From assembly GCF_000020025.1 (NCBI RefSeq), contig NC_010628.1, positions 7,860,001 through 7,892,000 of the forward strand: DNA of 32,000 nucleotides, written 5' to 3'. Position 1 is the stretch's first letter; each line of letters opens with the position of its first letter. The translations under genes and the position numbers were made by a program. Below the pieces are notes generated by a model, which was given only the letters and a program-made list of their open reading frames with translations, was not told the DNA's origin and searched no databases. The stretch comes from Nostoc punctiforme PCC 73102. Lineage in GTDB: Bacteria > Cyanobacteriota > Cyanobacteriia > Cyanobacteriales > Nostocaceae. Below, one piece after another: positions 1-8,819 of this stretch.

Positions 1-576
1 GGGGCGCGGCGAATGCAGACCTTAATCAACGATTTGTTGAACTATTCCCGCGTCAGCACCCGTGGACAGCCATTTAAGTTAGTTGATTGTGATGTCATCT
101 TACAGCAGGCGATCGCTAATCTCCAAATTGCGATCGCAGATAGCAAGGCAATTGTCACTCACGAACCTCTACCTGAAGTGATGGCTGATACTACCCAACT
201 AACACAAGTATTTCAAAACCTGATTGGCAACGCGATCAAATTTTGCCAGAATCAGCAGCCACAAATTCACATTGGGGTAGCCAAGGCAAATGCAAATCTA
301 GACGGGGAAAGTTTAAATTCTATACCATTGGCAGATGAATGGTTATTCTCGATACGTGATAATGGCATTGGTTTGGAATCCCAGTATGCAGAACGTATTT
401 TTATAATTTTTCAGCGCTTGCACGGTAGAGACAAGTATCCCGGTACTGGAATTGGTCTGGCAATTTGCAAGAAAATTATAGAACGTCACGGCGGCCGGAT
501 CTGGGTTGAATCGAAACCGGGTCAAGGCTCGACTTTCTACTTCACAATTCCAGATAGAGCAGGTAAGCAATCGTGA
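1..576 (+). CDS. Sensor histidine kinase, C-terminal part (5' end lies upstream of the window)
   Basis: The frame of ORF 13..576 stays open back to base 1. The translation shows the end of the HisKA helix (LINDLLNYSRV) and HATPase_c boxes (QNLIGNAIKF, IRDNGIG, GTGIGLAICKKI). The stop TGA (574-576) overlaps the GTG of the next gene. Confidence 0.85.
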   Translation, partial: GARRMQTLINDLLNYSRVSTRGQPFKLVDCDVILQQAIANLQIAIADSKAIVTHEPLPEVMADTTQLTQVFQNLIGNAIKFCQNQQPQIHIGVAKANANLDGESLNSIPLADEWLFSIRDNGIGLESQYAERIFIIFQRLHGRDKYPGTGIGLAICKKIIERHGGRIWVESKPGQGSTFYFTIPDRAGKQS

Positions 577-1019
577 GCATTATAACAGCGATTATGCCTA
601 TTGAGGTTTTGTTAGTAGAGGACAATCCTGGCGATGCCCAACTTACACGCATCGCCCTAGAAGATAGCAAAATCTCGATTCACCTCAACGTGGTCGAGGA
701 TGGTGTAGAGGCAATGGCATTCTTGCGAAAACAGGAAAAATATGTCAAAGCAGCCCATCCAGATATTGTGCTGCTCGATTTAAATCTCCCCAGAAAAGAT
801 GGGCGAGAGGTACTGGCAGAAATCAAAGGAGATGAAAAGCTCAAGCGAATTCCTGTGGTAATTTTGACGACCTCCCAAGCTGAAGAAGACATCCTCAAAG
901 CCTATAATTTATGTGCAAACTGTTATATAACTAAGCCAGTAGATTTCGATCAATTCGTTAAAATTGTACAATCAATAGAAAATTTTTGGTTTGCGATCGT
1001 AAAACTGCCACCGGAGTAG
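573..1019 (+). CDS. Receiver-only response regulator (CheY/Rcp1-like)
   Basis: Receiver motifs VLLVEDNPGD, DIVLLDLNLPRKDG, VVILTTS and ITKPVDF are present with no output domain. GTG 573 overlaps the kinase stop (GTGA). An alternative in-frame ATG lies at 594. Confidence 0.9.
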   Translation: MSIITAIMPIEVLLVEDNPGDAQLTRIALEDSKISIHLNVVEDGVEAMAFLRKQEKYVKAAHPDIVLLDLNLPRKDGREVLAEIKGDEKLKRIPVVILTTSQAEEDILKAYNLCANCYITKPVDFDQFVKIVQSIENFWFAIVKLPPE

Positions 1020-1024
1020 TGGAA

Positions 1025-3313
1025 ATGGCAGGTAAAAATATTAAAGTCTTGTTAGTAGAAGATAACCCTGGTGATGTTTTTTTATTACAGGAGTTTTTAA
1101 AGGAAGTTACCACAGTTGTAGTTGATTTGATACCTGTTGAGCAGCTTTCTGAAGCAATTAACTACTTAGCAAAGGAAATTTTTGATGTGATTCTACTAGA
1201 CCTCTCACTGCCAGATAGCCAGGGGCTAGAAACCTTTGTCATCGCTCACCATCAGGCAAAAGCCACTCCCATAATTGTGCTGACGGGTATAAACGATGAA
1301 ACCTTAGCAATTAGGGCAATGCAAGAAGGAGCGCAGGATTATTTGGTGAAAGGGCAAGTAACTGGCGACTTGCTGGTGCGCTCCATGCGTTATGCCATCG
1401 AACGTCAACGGGCAGACGACGCATTGCGTCACAGTGAAGAGCGATTTCGGGTGGCTCTCAAAAACTCTCCCATCTTTGTCTACAACCAAGATATGGAGTT
1501 ACGCTATACCTGGGTTTACAATCCCCCATCTGGATTGACAGTTGAGGAAATATTGGGCAAACAAGACTTGGATATTATGCCAGGTGAAGATGCTCAACGT
1601 CTTACCACAATTAAACGTGGGGTGCTAACCATTGGCATAGGAATGCGAGAGGAAGTATCAATTACAATCAAAGATACAACTCGATATTACGATTTGACAG
1701 TTGAGCCATTGCGGAATGAGTCGCAAGCAATTCTCGGCGTGACATGCGCGAGTATTGATATTAGCGAACGACAAGCTGCGCTACGCGAACGCAAATTGGC
1801 AGAAGAAAAAATCCGCGAACAAGCGGCATTACTAGATGTCACCACTGATGCCATTTGCGTGCGAGATTTAAACAATCAAATTATTTTCTGGAACAAAGGC
1901 GCAGAAACGCTTTACGGCTGGAAAGCTACAGAAGCTTGGGGCAAAAATGCTACTGAGCTTTTGTTTGACGAACCTTCACCAGAAATCGAAGCGGCTCTTT
2001 TACAAGCTACTAGTAAAGGTAAGTGGCAGGGCGAGTTAACTAAACTGACTAAAATGGGTAAGGAAATCCTTGTTGCTAGTCGCTGGACTTTGGTGTGCAG
2101 CGAACAAGGAAAACCTAAAGCGATTCTCACCGTTGACACAGATATTACCGATAAAAAACATCTAGAAGCCCAATTATTTCGCGCCCAACGCTTGGAAAGT
2201 ATTGGCACTCTAGCTAGTGGCATTGCTCACGACCTCAACAATATCCTGACACCGATTCTGGCAGGAGCGCAACTTTTACCACTCAAATTTCCTGATGCAG
2301 ATGAGCGGACTCACCATCTACTGGAAATTTTGGAAATCAACGCTAGACGCGGAGCTGATTTAGTCAAACAGGTGCTGTCCTTTGCACGGGGTGTAGAAGG
2401 GAAACGTATCACTTTGCAACTCAGACATTTGATTGTGGAAGTTGCCAAGATTCTTAAAGAGACATTTCCCAGATCCATACAAATCAGCACTGATGTCCTG
2501 CAAGATTTGTGGATGGTTTCTGGAGATAGCACCCAACTGCATCAAGTATTGATGAACCTCTGCGTTAATGCCCGCGATGCGATGCCCAATGGCGGTAGTT
2601 TGATTATCTCTGCTGAAAATCTGTTGATTGACGAAAATTATGCCCGCATGAACCTGGAAGCCAAAGAGGGGCCTTACATAGCGATTACTGTCTCCGATAC
2701 TGGAGTTGGAATTTCTAAAGAAATCTTAGATAGAATTTTTGAGCCATTCTTTACCACAAAAGATGTCGGAAAAGGTACAGGGTTAGGACTTTCCACCGTG
2801 CTGGGGATCATTAAAAGCCACGGTGGTTTTGTGAACGTCTATAGCGAACTGGGAAGTGGCACCAGCTTTAAGGTTTACTTGCCAGCAGTGGAGGGAATGG
2901 AAACAATTACTCCAGAAGAATTGCCACCACAGATGGGACATGGAGAATTGATTTTGATTGTGGATGATGAAGTTGCCATTCAAGAGATTACCAAAACATC
3001 ACTGGAAACTCATAACTACAAAACCCTAATTGCCAATGATGGCATTGAAGCGATCGCGCTCTACGCTCAAAACCGGGATAAAATTAGTGCCGTACTGATG
3101 GATATTATGCTACCTTCACTCGATGGCTTAACTGCCATCCGTACCCTGCAAAAAATTAACCCCAAAGTCAGAATTATTGCCACCAGTGGACTTATGTCCG
3201 ATAATAAACTCAGTACAGTAGCTGCTGTTGGTGTCAATACATTTTTGGTCAAGCCCTATACTGTCAACGAATTATTGGTTTCTTTACAGAAAGTACTATC
3301 GGGAGCCAATTAA
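1025..3313 (+). CDS. Hybrid sensor histidine kinase/response regulator (REC-PAS-PAS-HisKA-HATPase_c-REC)
   Basis: N-terminal receiver (VLLVEDNPGD, VILLDLSLPD), two PAS-like segments, H-box SGIAHDLNNILTPI, HATPase_c (VSDTGVGI, GTGLGLSTV) and a C-terminal receiver (ILIVDDE, VLMDIMLPSLDG, VKPY). ATG 1025 has GGAG 8 nt upstream. The ORF-track start at 986 overlaps the upstream gene and is less likely. Confidence 0.9.
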   Translation: MAGKNIKVLLVEDNPGDVFLLQEFLKEVTTVVVDLIPVEQLSEAINYLAKEIFDVILLDLSLPDSQGLETFVIAHHQAKATPIIVLTGINDETLAIRAMQEGAQDYLVKGQVTGDLLVRSMRYAIERQRADDALRHSEERFRVALKNSPIFVYNQDMELRYTWVYNPPSGLTVEEILGKQDLDIMPGEDAQRLTTIKRGVLTIGIGMREEVSITIKDTTRYYDLTVEPLRNESQAILGVTCASIDISERQAALRERKLAEEKIREQAALLDVTTDAICVRDLNNQIIFWNKGAETLYGWKATEAWGKNATELLFDEPSPEIEAALLQATSKGKWQGELTKLTKMGKEILVASRWTLVCSEQGKPKAILTVDTDITDKKHLEAQLFRAQRLESIGTLASGIAHDLNNILTPILAGAQLLPLKFPDADERTHHLLEILEINARRGADLVKQVLSFARGVEGKRITLQLRHLIVEVAKILKETFPRSIQISTDVLQDLWMVSGDSTQLHQVLMNLCVNARDAMPNGGSLIISAENLLIDENYARMNLEAKEGPYIAITVSDTGVGISKEILDRIFEPFFTTKDVGKGTGLGLSTVLGIIKSHGGFVNVYSELGSGTSFKVYLPAVEGMETITPEELPPQMGHGELILIVDDEVAIQEITKTSLETHNYKTLIANDGIEAIALYAQNRDKISAVLMDIMLPSLDGLTAIRTLQKINPKVRIIATSGLMSDNKLSTVAAVGVNTFLVKPYTVNELLVSLQKVLSGAN

Positions 3314-3472
3314 CTAAGTAATACTCCTGAGAAAGTAAGTACAAAAAGCTGCGTCATTGATGCAGGTGCAAATTTTTTTGATTTGATATGATTGGGCATC
3401 AATAACACACTTCTATTACGGTGTGTAGCGAGTGGGAAGAGTTTTTCTAACCCCATGCCCAATTCTTTTAAT

Positions 3473-4384
3473 ATGCCTCGGTTTCTCAAGTTAATTATAA
3501 ATATAGTAGTCTTGAGTATATTGTTACTCATATCTATGCAAGTTTGGGCGCAAGATTGGCGACCAGTTCGCGGTGGTATCCCTTTCGGGATCAGTGGTAT
3601 GGCTTTGATAAAGCAGCAAAGCAATACCCTAGATTTTCTGATTGTCCATGACAACAAAAAACCCAATCAAACCCGTTTAGCAATTATTAATATTAAAGGA
3701 AAAAACCAACCTGAATATTTCCCATTAGAGTGGCCAAGTAACATAGAATTGCCCATCGACTTAGAAGCTTTAACATCTATTCCTGAGAAACCAAAATTAT
3801 CTTTTATCGCTTTAAGCAGTTCTGGTAAAGCTTATTTTATCAGATTAAACCCTGCCAATAAAACCATCTTGGTTCTCAAGGAATTCAATCTACCAGAAAT
3901 TATTCAAGGAAATAATTTTGAAGGATTTGGATTACAGAATATAGACGGAAAATTAGTTGCTATTTGGGGACATCGAGGTGAAAGAGAACAACCAGCAACT
4001 ATATTTTGGGGAATTTTTGACTTGGCTAAATATCAAATTACTCTTGCAGGTTCTGCCAATCTCAAAGTACCGTTTCCATCTGGCAATGTGCGTCATATAT
4101 CAGATATTAAGGTAGACCCTGTAGGGATTGTGTACATCACTTCAGCAAATGATGCCGGAGATGATGGCCCATTTCAGTCAGCTGTGTATGTCGCTGGTTA
4201 TCTGGGATTGCGTGATAACAAAATTGTATGGCAGCAAAATTCTCAACTTGTGCCCCTTTACCGCTCTGATTACCACAAAATTGAAGGTATGGAACTTGTT
4301 CCCGGTGCAGAAGGCGGTGTGATTGTTGGTACGGATGATGAAAATTTGGGTTCTTATATATACATGCTGGGTGAGAGTAACTGA
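3473..4384 (+). CDS. Secreted hypothetical protein (possible beta-propeller / phytase-like fold)
   Basis: This is a long ORF. From ATG 3473 the N-terminus MPRFLKLIINIVVLSILLLISMQVWAQD looks like a Sec signal peptide. I recognise no family with certainty. Recurrent short motifs (ISGMA, DLEAL, FEGFG, ISDIKVD, IEGMEL) suggest a repeated beta-sheet fold. Confidence 0.6.
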   Translation: MPRFLKLIINIVVLSILLLISMQVWAQDWRPVRGGIPFGISGMALIKQQSNTLDFLIVHDNKKPNQTRLAIINIKGKNQPEYFPLEWPSNIELPIDLEALTSIPEKPKLSFIALSSSGKAYFIRLNPANKTILVLKEFNLPEIIQGNNFEGFGLQNIDGKLVAIWGHRGEREQPATIFWGIFDLAKYQITLAGSANLKVPFPSGNVRHISDIKVDPVGIVYITSANDAGDDGPFQSAVYVAGYLGLRDNKIVWQQNSQLVPLYRSDYHKIEGMELVPGAEGGVIVGTDDENLGSYIYMLGESN

Positions 4385-4389
4385 GCGAT

Positions 4390-4539
4390 ATGTCCTTTGA
4401 TAACCTATGCAAACTGCTATCTGAAAACAGATTGCTGGTTTATTTGCGATCGCCTAACAACTCCCTTAAGGAGTGTCAAGGTATACAGTGCGATGGCGTA
4501 CCCGCCCACCATAGGCGATCGCAATTTGCTATAAGTTGA
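4390..4539 (+). pseudogene. Possible remnant of an Rpn/PD-(D/E)XK 'putative transposase' family gene (N-terminal fragment only)
   Basis: A 49-codon ORF begins MSFDNLCKLLSEN. From memory, this matches the conserved M-x-FDN-x-CK-x-L-x-E N-terminus of a cyanobacterial Rpn-family/DUF4351 protein group. After codon 13 the similarity seems to continue only in the +1 frame (..WFI..LTTPLRSVKV). The remaining ~250 codons expected for the family are absent. Confidence 0.25.
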
Positions 4540-4578
4540 CCATTATCTGATTGATAACGGCCACTTAATTAATTATCC

Positions 4579-5670
4579 CTACACATTAAATCGGAACAAC
4601 ATTACATCCCCTTCTTGCACAACATACTCTTTTCCTTCACTGCGAACCAACCCTTTTTCCTTCGCAGCATTCATCGAACCAGTTGTTACCAAATCTTTAT
4701 AAGCGACAGTTTCAGCGCGAATAAAACCCCGCTCAAAATCACTGTGAATTACACCAGCAGCTTGAGGTGCAGACATTCCAGCATTGATTGTCCAAGCACG
4801 GGTTTCTTTGGGGCCACAAGTGAAATATGTCCGCAAGCCTAGAAGCGAGTAAGTTGCACGAATCAATGATTTTAAACCGCCTTCTTCCACACCTAAAGAC
4901 GCGAGAAAATCAGCCTTATCTTCTTCTGGTAACTCTACTAACTCCGCTTCAACTTGGGCCGAAACTATCACAACTTGGGCATTTTCTGTTGCTGCGATTT
5001 GCCGCACTGTTTCCACAAAATGATTACCAGTTGCCAACTCATCCTCAGATACATTCGCAGCGTAGATAATCGGTTTATAAGTGAGCAGTTCTAATCCTTT
5101 AATAATTTCTGTTTCTTCTTCATTCAAGCTCACCTGACGCACCGATTTACCTTCATTTAAAGCCGCAGCTAATTTTTCTAAAACTGAGACTTCAAACTGT
5201 GCATCTTTGCTGGTACGAGCTAGTTTACGAGTGCGGTCAATTCGCCGCTCAATTTGTGCTAAATCTGATAAACCCAGTTCTATATTAATGATTTCAATAT
5301 CTCGTGCTGGGTCAACAGAACCAGCAACGTGGATAATATCATCATTTTCAAAACAACGTACCACATGGACGATCGCATCAACTTCCCGGATGTGGGACAG
5401 GAATTGATTCCCTAGTCCCTCACCCTGACTTGCACCTTTAACTAAACCGGCAATATCCACAAATTCAACCCGCGCCGGGATAGTTTGTACCGAACTAGCA
5501 ATCTTAGCAAGAACATTTAACCGTTCATCCGGTACTGCGACAACGCCGACATTCGGTTCAATCGTGCAAAAAGGGAAGTTAGCTGCTTCTGCCTTGGCAT
5601 TAGCAACTACAGCATTAAATAAAGTAGATTTTCCGACGTTGGGAAGTCCGACAATTCCGGCTCTTAGCAT
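4579..5670 (-). CDS. ychF: Ribosome-binding ATPase YchF (Obg-family GTPase/ATPase)
   Basis: 363 aa. It has the P-loop GIVGLPNVGKSTLFNA, FCTIEPNVG, DIAGLVKGAS and the C-terminal TGS-like end (AAGVIHSDFERGFIRAE...GKEYVVQEGDVMLFRFNV), all typical of YchF. Confidence 0.95.
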   Translation of the reverse strand: MLRAGIVGLPNVGKSTLFNAVVANAKAEAANFPFCTIEPNVGVVAVPDERLNVLAKIASSVQTIPARVEFVDIAGLVKGASQGEGLGNQFLSHIREVDAIVHVVRCFENDDIIHVAGSVDPARDIEIINIELGLSDLAQIERRIDRTRKLARTSKDAQFEVSVLEKLAAALNEGKSVRQVSLNEEETEIIKGLELLTYKPIIYAANVSEDELATGNHFVETVRQIAATENAQVVIVSAQVEAELVELPEEDKADFLASLGVEEGGLKSLIRATYSLLGLRTYFTCGPKETRAWTINAGMSAPQAAGVIHSDFERGFIRAETVAYKDLVTTGSMNAAKEKGLVRSEGKEYVVQEGDVMLFRFNV

Positions 5671-5698
5671 TTTGGATTTTAGATTTGAGATTTTGGAT
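5671..5698. repeat. Degenerate heptamer tandem repeat (TTTGGAT-like, 4 units), STRR-like
   Basis: The units read tttggat tttagat ttgagat tttggat. They start immediately 5' of the ychF start codon, in the 45-nt gap after the proline-rich ORF. Confidence 0.6.
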
Positions 5699-5715
5699 TA
5701 CATTACCAAGGTAAT

Positions 5716-5913
5716 CTAAACAGGTTCCGGTATGGTTTGGGGAATTGGCCCTGGAACCGTCTGAGGAATAGGAGCAGGTACTGTTTCTGGTACAGGCCCT
5801 GGCAAGGGTTGAGGAATCGCTGGCCCCGGTACAGGTTCGGGACTAGGTAGCGGACTCGGGCCAGGAGTAGGAATTTGTGGTTCAGGTATAGAAATCGCAG
5901 TAAAATTAATCAT
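5716..5913 (-). CDS. Small proline-rich protein (65 aa), hypothetical
   Basis: This is the only open frame across a locally GC-richer stretch. The translation MINFTAISIPEPQIPTPGPSPLPSPEPVPGPAIPQPLPGPVPETVPAPIPQTVPGPIPQTIPEPV has quasi-periodic PxP/VPGPIPQT units. It is co-directional with ychF and lies 45 nt upstream of it. No clear SD is visible. Confidence 0.4.
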   Translation of the reverse strand: MINFTAISIPEPQIPTPGPSPLPSPEPVPGPAIPQPLPGPVPETVPAPIPQTVPGPIPQTIPEPV

Positions 5914-6033
5914 CGTAAGTCTAAATTAAATTATTCAACCTTCCCACGCTAGATGACAACCTCATCTGTTGACATCTCCCCAAATACCTATACCCACGAA
6001 CACATCCTTTAATAATTTACCCCTCTTCTCATT

Positions 6034-6072
6034 CTCTGCGCCCCTCTGCGCTTTCCTCCGCGCCCCTCTGCG
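6034..6072. repeat. Two copies (22-nt period) of a CTCYGCGCCCCTCTGCG motif; a third related copy lies at 7352-7368
   Basis: ctctgcgcccctctgcg (6034-6050) and ctccgcgcccctctgcg (6056-6072) are followed by tttaaaat. ctctgcgtacctctgcg at 7352-7368 is followed by cttcaaaat. Confidence 0.7.
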
Positions 6073-6103
6073 TTTAAAATCCAATCCTCAATTTTGCACA
6101 AAA

Positions 6104-6340
6104 CTACTCCTCCTTAACCTTTTCCACCACCTCTGGTACTGGATCGTAACCACCTGGATGAAACGGATGACAGCGCAAAATCCGCCGAGTTGCCATCCAG
6201 CTACCACGTAACACTCCAAATCGTTCAATAGCTTCAATAGCATACATCGAACAAGTTGGTTGAAAGCGACAAGTTGGGAGAAACAACGGCGAGATAAACA
6301 TTCGGTAGCCCCGAATCAGCCAAATAAATAATAGTTTCAT
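6104..6340 (-). CDS. yidD: Membrane protein insertion efficiency factor YidD
   Basis: 78 aa with the hallmark [19 protein letters not shown]...[18 protein letters not shown]. Confidence 0.9.
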   Translation of the reverse strand: MKLLFIWLIRGYRMFISPLFLPTCRFQPTCSMYAIEAIERFGVLRGSWMATRRILRCHPFHPGGYDPVPEVVEKVKEE

Positions 6341-6401
6341 TGCAGTTACCTAAATCTTATAAATTAGTAACAGAGGTAAAATTTTTCATTTTGTTACATC
6401 T

Positions 6402-7103
6402 TTGTTGATTACATTTTCTGACTTAACCTCAATTCCGATTTTATGGCTGCAAATTGCGATTACTGCAATTTGGGTGTTACTCATCCTCGTGATTGCATGG
6501 GTGGTAAACCGCTTCGCCGACGAGCCAGAAATCGTGCGGAAGATAGTTCATATTGGCACTGGTAATGTAATTTTACTTGCTTGGTGGCTAGATATCCCCG
6601 CCAGTGTAGGGATTACAGCTTCCATTCTAGCGAGTGCAATCACCTTATTATCCTACCGATTGCCTATTCTTCCTGGTATTAATAGCGTTGGGCGGCAAAG
6701 TTTCGGGACATTTTTTTACTCTGTTAGTTTCGGTATTTTAGTTGCCAGCTTCTGGTACTTACAACAACCCCAGTACGCAGCACTAGGAATTTTGATCATG
6801 ACTTGGGGAGATGGACTAGCAGCCTTAATTGGACAACGCTTTGGTACACACAAATATAAAGTCTTTGGCACACAAAAAAGTTGGGAAGGCTCCCTAACTA
6901 TGATGTTTGTTAGCTATTTCATCAGTATTTTGATTTTAGTTGGAACTCAAGGAAACAGTTGGCAAACTTGGGTAATATCACTCGCGGTTGCATTTATCGC
7001 TACAGTTTTAGAGGCTTTTTCTTTTTTGGGTATTGACAATTTGACAGTCCCTTTGGGTAGTGCAGCCCTTGCCTTCTTTTTAAGTCAATTAGTCTATTTC
7101 TAA
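6402..7103 (+). CDS. Phytol/polyprenol kinase-like membrane protein (CTP-dependent, VTE5/dolichol-kinase superfamily)
   Basis: Multi-pass hydrophobic protein with KIVHIGTGN and WGDGLAALIGQRFGTHKY...KSWEGSL motifs. The ORF track gives a TTG start; the exact start is uncertain. Confidence 0.75.
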   Translation: MLITFSDLTSIPILWLQIAITAIWVLLILVIAWVVNRFADEPEIVRKIVHIGTGNVILLAWWLDIPASVGITASILASAITLLSYRLPILPGINSVGRQSFGTFFYSVSFGILVASFWYLQQPQYAALGILIMTWGDGLAALIGQRFGTHKYKVFGTQKSWEGSLTMMFVSYFISILILVGTQGNSWQTWVISLAVAFIATVLEAFSFLGIDNLTVPLGSAALAFFLSQLVYF

Positions 7104-7339
7104 TTGAGCAAACAAGAGATACTTGCCCAACACATTTCTCTAAATATCTAGTTCAAAGGATATGGGAGCAAAAACACAGATTTAATGCGCTGAGATCGCG
7201 ATCGCACCCATCTTCAGCAATAATTTAGATGGGTAGGAGGCGATCGTATTACTTGAATGGAGGATATGATTAAAGCCATATCAATAAATGATAATGCTAC
7301 GAATTGCAAATCAGTGCTTTATAGCGTTTCCTAGTCTGC

Positions 7340-7392
7340 TGAGGTACAAATCTCTGCGTACCTCTGCGCTTCAAAATATTATCTGTACCTCA
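7340..7392. repeat. Stem-loop / MITE-like element: 9-bp perfect inverted repeat enclosing the CTCTGCG-N2-CCTCTGCG motif
   Basis: tgaggtaca (7340-7348) and tgtacctca (7384-7392) are exact reverse complements. The loop carries the dispersed motif also seen at 6034-6072. The element lies 32 nt past the stop of the minus-strand kinase gene. Confidence 0.55.
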
Positions 7393-7423
7393 CGTAACTG
7401 GGAATTGCTATAAGCTTGATAAA

Positions 7424-8686
7424 CTAATCAATAAACATACCTGTTTTGTCGATAATCCGCTCTTGCCCACCAATTTCGACCTTTGCTTGCCCATTCCTCA
7501 AAGAATAAGCCATGTTAAACATAGGCTTAATTACCCAAGAACCCATTTTGTCAATATAGCCCCACTTGCCACCACTTTCACCACCGAATAAGCTCTCTCT
7601 TCCACCAATATTAACTGCTGCCCATCCTTCGGAAAAGTCGCGAGCTATGTCAAACTGCGCTTGAATAACTAGCTTCCCTGTCTGGCCAACATAACCATAC
7701 TTGCCACCAATTTTGACCAACTTTAGTGAGACAACAGATAATTGTAAAGCTAGTTGAGCTAGGTTTGGGAATAGAATTTTTGGTGAAGAGACAGGCGATT
7801 CTAGTCTTAGTTGAGCTAATTTACGAGCTTGCATTGTTACTGAGGTAACAGATGATTGTGAATTGAATAAAGCCAGTTTCAAAGCTTGCAATGCCTGATC
7901 TGCATTTTTGTATCGCTGGCGGAAATCACGTTGCACCATTTTTGTTAAAAATTTGGCTAGTCCATCGTTAATTTGAGCATAATCGCGCCATTTTAATTCT
8001 AAAGTCTTAGATTTTGGCAGTTGTTGTGGCGTTAATCCAGTTAAAGCTTGGATTGCTGTCATTCCTAAAGCATATATATCACTGGAAAGCTGAGGATGCC
8101 CTTCCCATTGCTCACTTGGCATATAATCACGAGTACCAATGGTGATTGTGCTGCTGATTTGTCCTTGAATATTGACTTTAAATGTGCTTATTTCTTTGAT
8201 TGCTCCAAAGTCAATGAGGACAAGCTTATTATCTACATATCGCCGCATCAAATTCAATGGCTTAATATCTCGGTGAATCACATTATGTTGATGGACAAAA
8301 ACTAACACCTCCAACATTTCTTGTAAAAGTTGAATTACATCAGCTTCACTCCACCGTTTTCCTGAAATGATTTCGTTACTCAGGTCATGCCCTTCAATGA
8401 ATTCCTGGACAAGATAAAATTCTCTATTTTCCTCGAAAAAGTCATACAGTTCAGGAATTTGACAATGTTCCTTACCCAATTTGAATAGAATTGCTGCTTC
8501 TTTCTTAAACCTTTCTTCTGTATCTAAGTCTGGTGTCGGGGGTCTGATCAGCCGTTTAATGACACATTTATACTTGGGTCTAACAGGTAAATCCTGTGGG
8601 TATTCAGCCAAATAGGTTTCCCCAAACCCACCTGATCCTAATTTATCTACAATCTTGTAACGCTGTCGCAGTATATATCCAATCAT
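7424..8686 (-). CDS. Ser/Thr protein kinase with C-terminal WG (KWG-type) repeats
   Basis: Hanks kinase motifs are present: GSGGFGETY, VIKRL (Lys), HRDIKPLN, DFG and TRDYMPSEQ. The C-terminus has GKYGYV and GKWGYIDKMG repeats. I prefer ATG 8686 (MIGYILRQRYKIV...), because the kinase domain starts right after it. The ORF track extends to 8776. Confidence 0.85.
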   Translation of the reverse strand: MIGYILRQRYKIVDKLGSGGFGETYLAEYPQDLPVRPKYKCVIKRLIRPPTPDLDTEERFKKEAAILFKLGKEHCQIPELYDFFEENREFYLVQEFIEGHDLSNEIISGKRWSEADVIQLLQEMLEVLVFVHQHNVIHRDIKPLNLMRRYVDNKLVLIDFGAIKEISTFKVNIQGQISSTITIGTRDYMPSEQWEGHPQLSSDIYALGMTAIQALTGLTPQQLPKSKTLELKWRDYAQINDGLAKFLTKMVQRDFRQRYKNADQALQALKLALFNSQSSVTSVTMQARKLAQLRLESPVSSPKILFPNLAQLALQLSVVSLKLVKIGGKYGYVGQTGKLVIQAQFDIARDFSEGWAAVNIGGRESLFGGESGGKWGYIDKMGSWVIKPMFNMAYSLRNGQAKVEIGGQERIIDKTGMFID

Positions 8687-8819
8687 GATGCTGATGCTAC
8701 AGACCCCTTTCTGTAGATTTTGGCACAATTTATCCAATAACAGCATCCTTGTTGCTAAGTACTCTCTTATCCTCAATAAACTAATCTAGAAATAACGCTC
8801 TCAAATACTAGATAAAGTC

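Noticed and set aside
3310-3666. 118-aa minus-strand ORF overlapping the start of the secreted hypothetical gene
   Set aside because: It overlaps a better-supported plus-strand gene and the end of the hybrid kinase gene. Its composition is atypical and no motif is recognisable.
5969-6211. 80-aa plus-strand ORF across the CTCTGCG repeats and the 3' end of yidD
   Set aside because: It is kept open by the GC-rich repeat and is antisense to yidD. There is no supporting signal.
8687-8776. 30-codon N-terminal extension of the Ser/Thr kinase given by the ORF track
   Set aside because: The extension lies upstream of the conserved kinase subdomain I. An internal ATG at 8686 gives a normal distance to the GxGxxG loop. 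The extension would also consume most of the divergent promoter region shared with the Uma2 gene.
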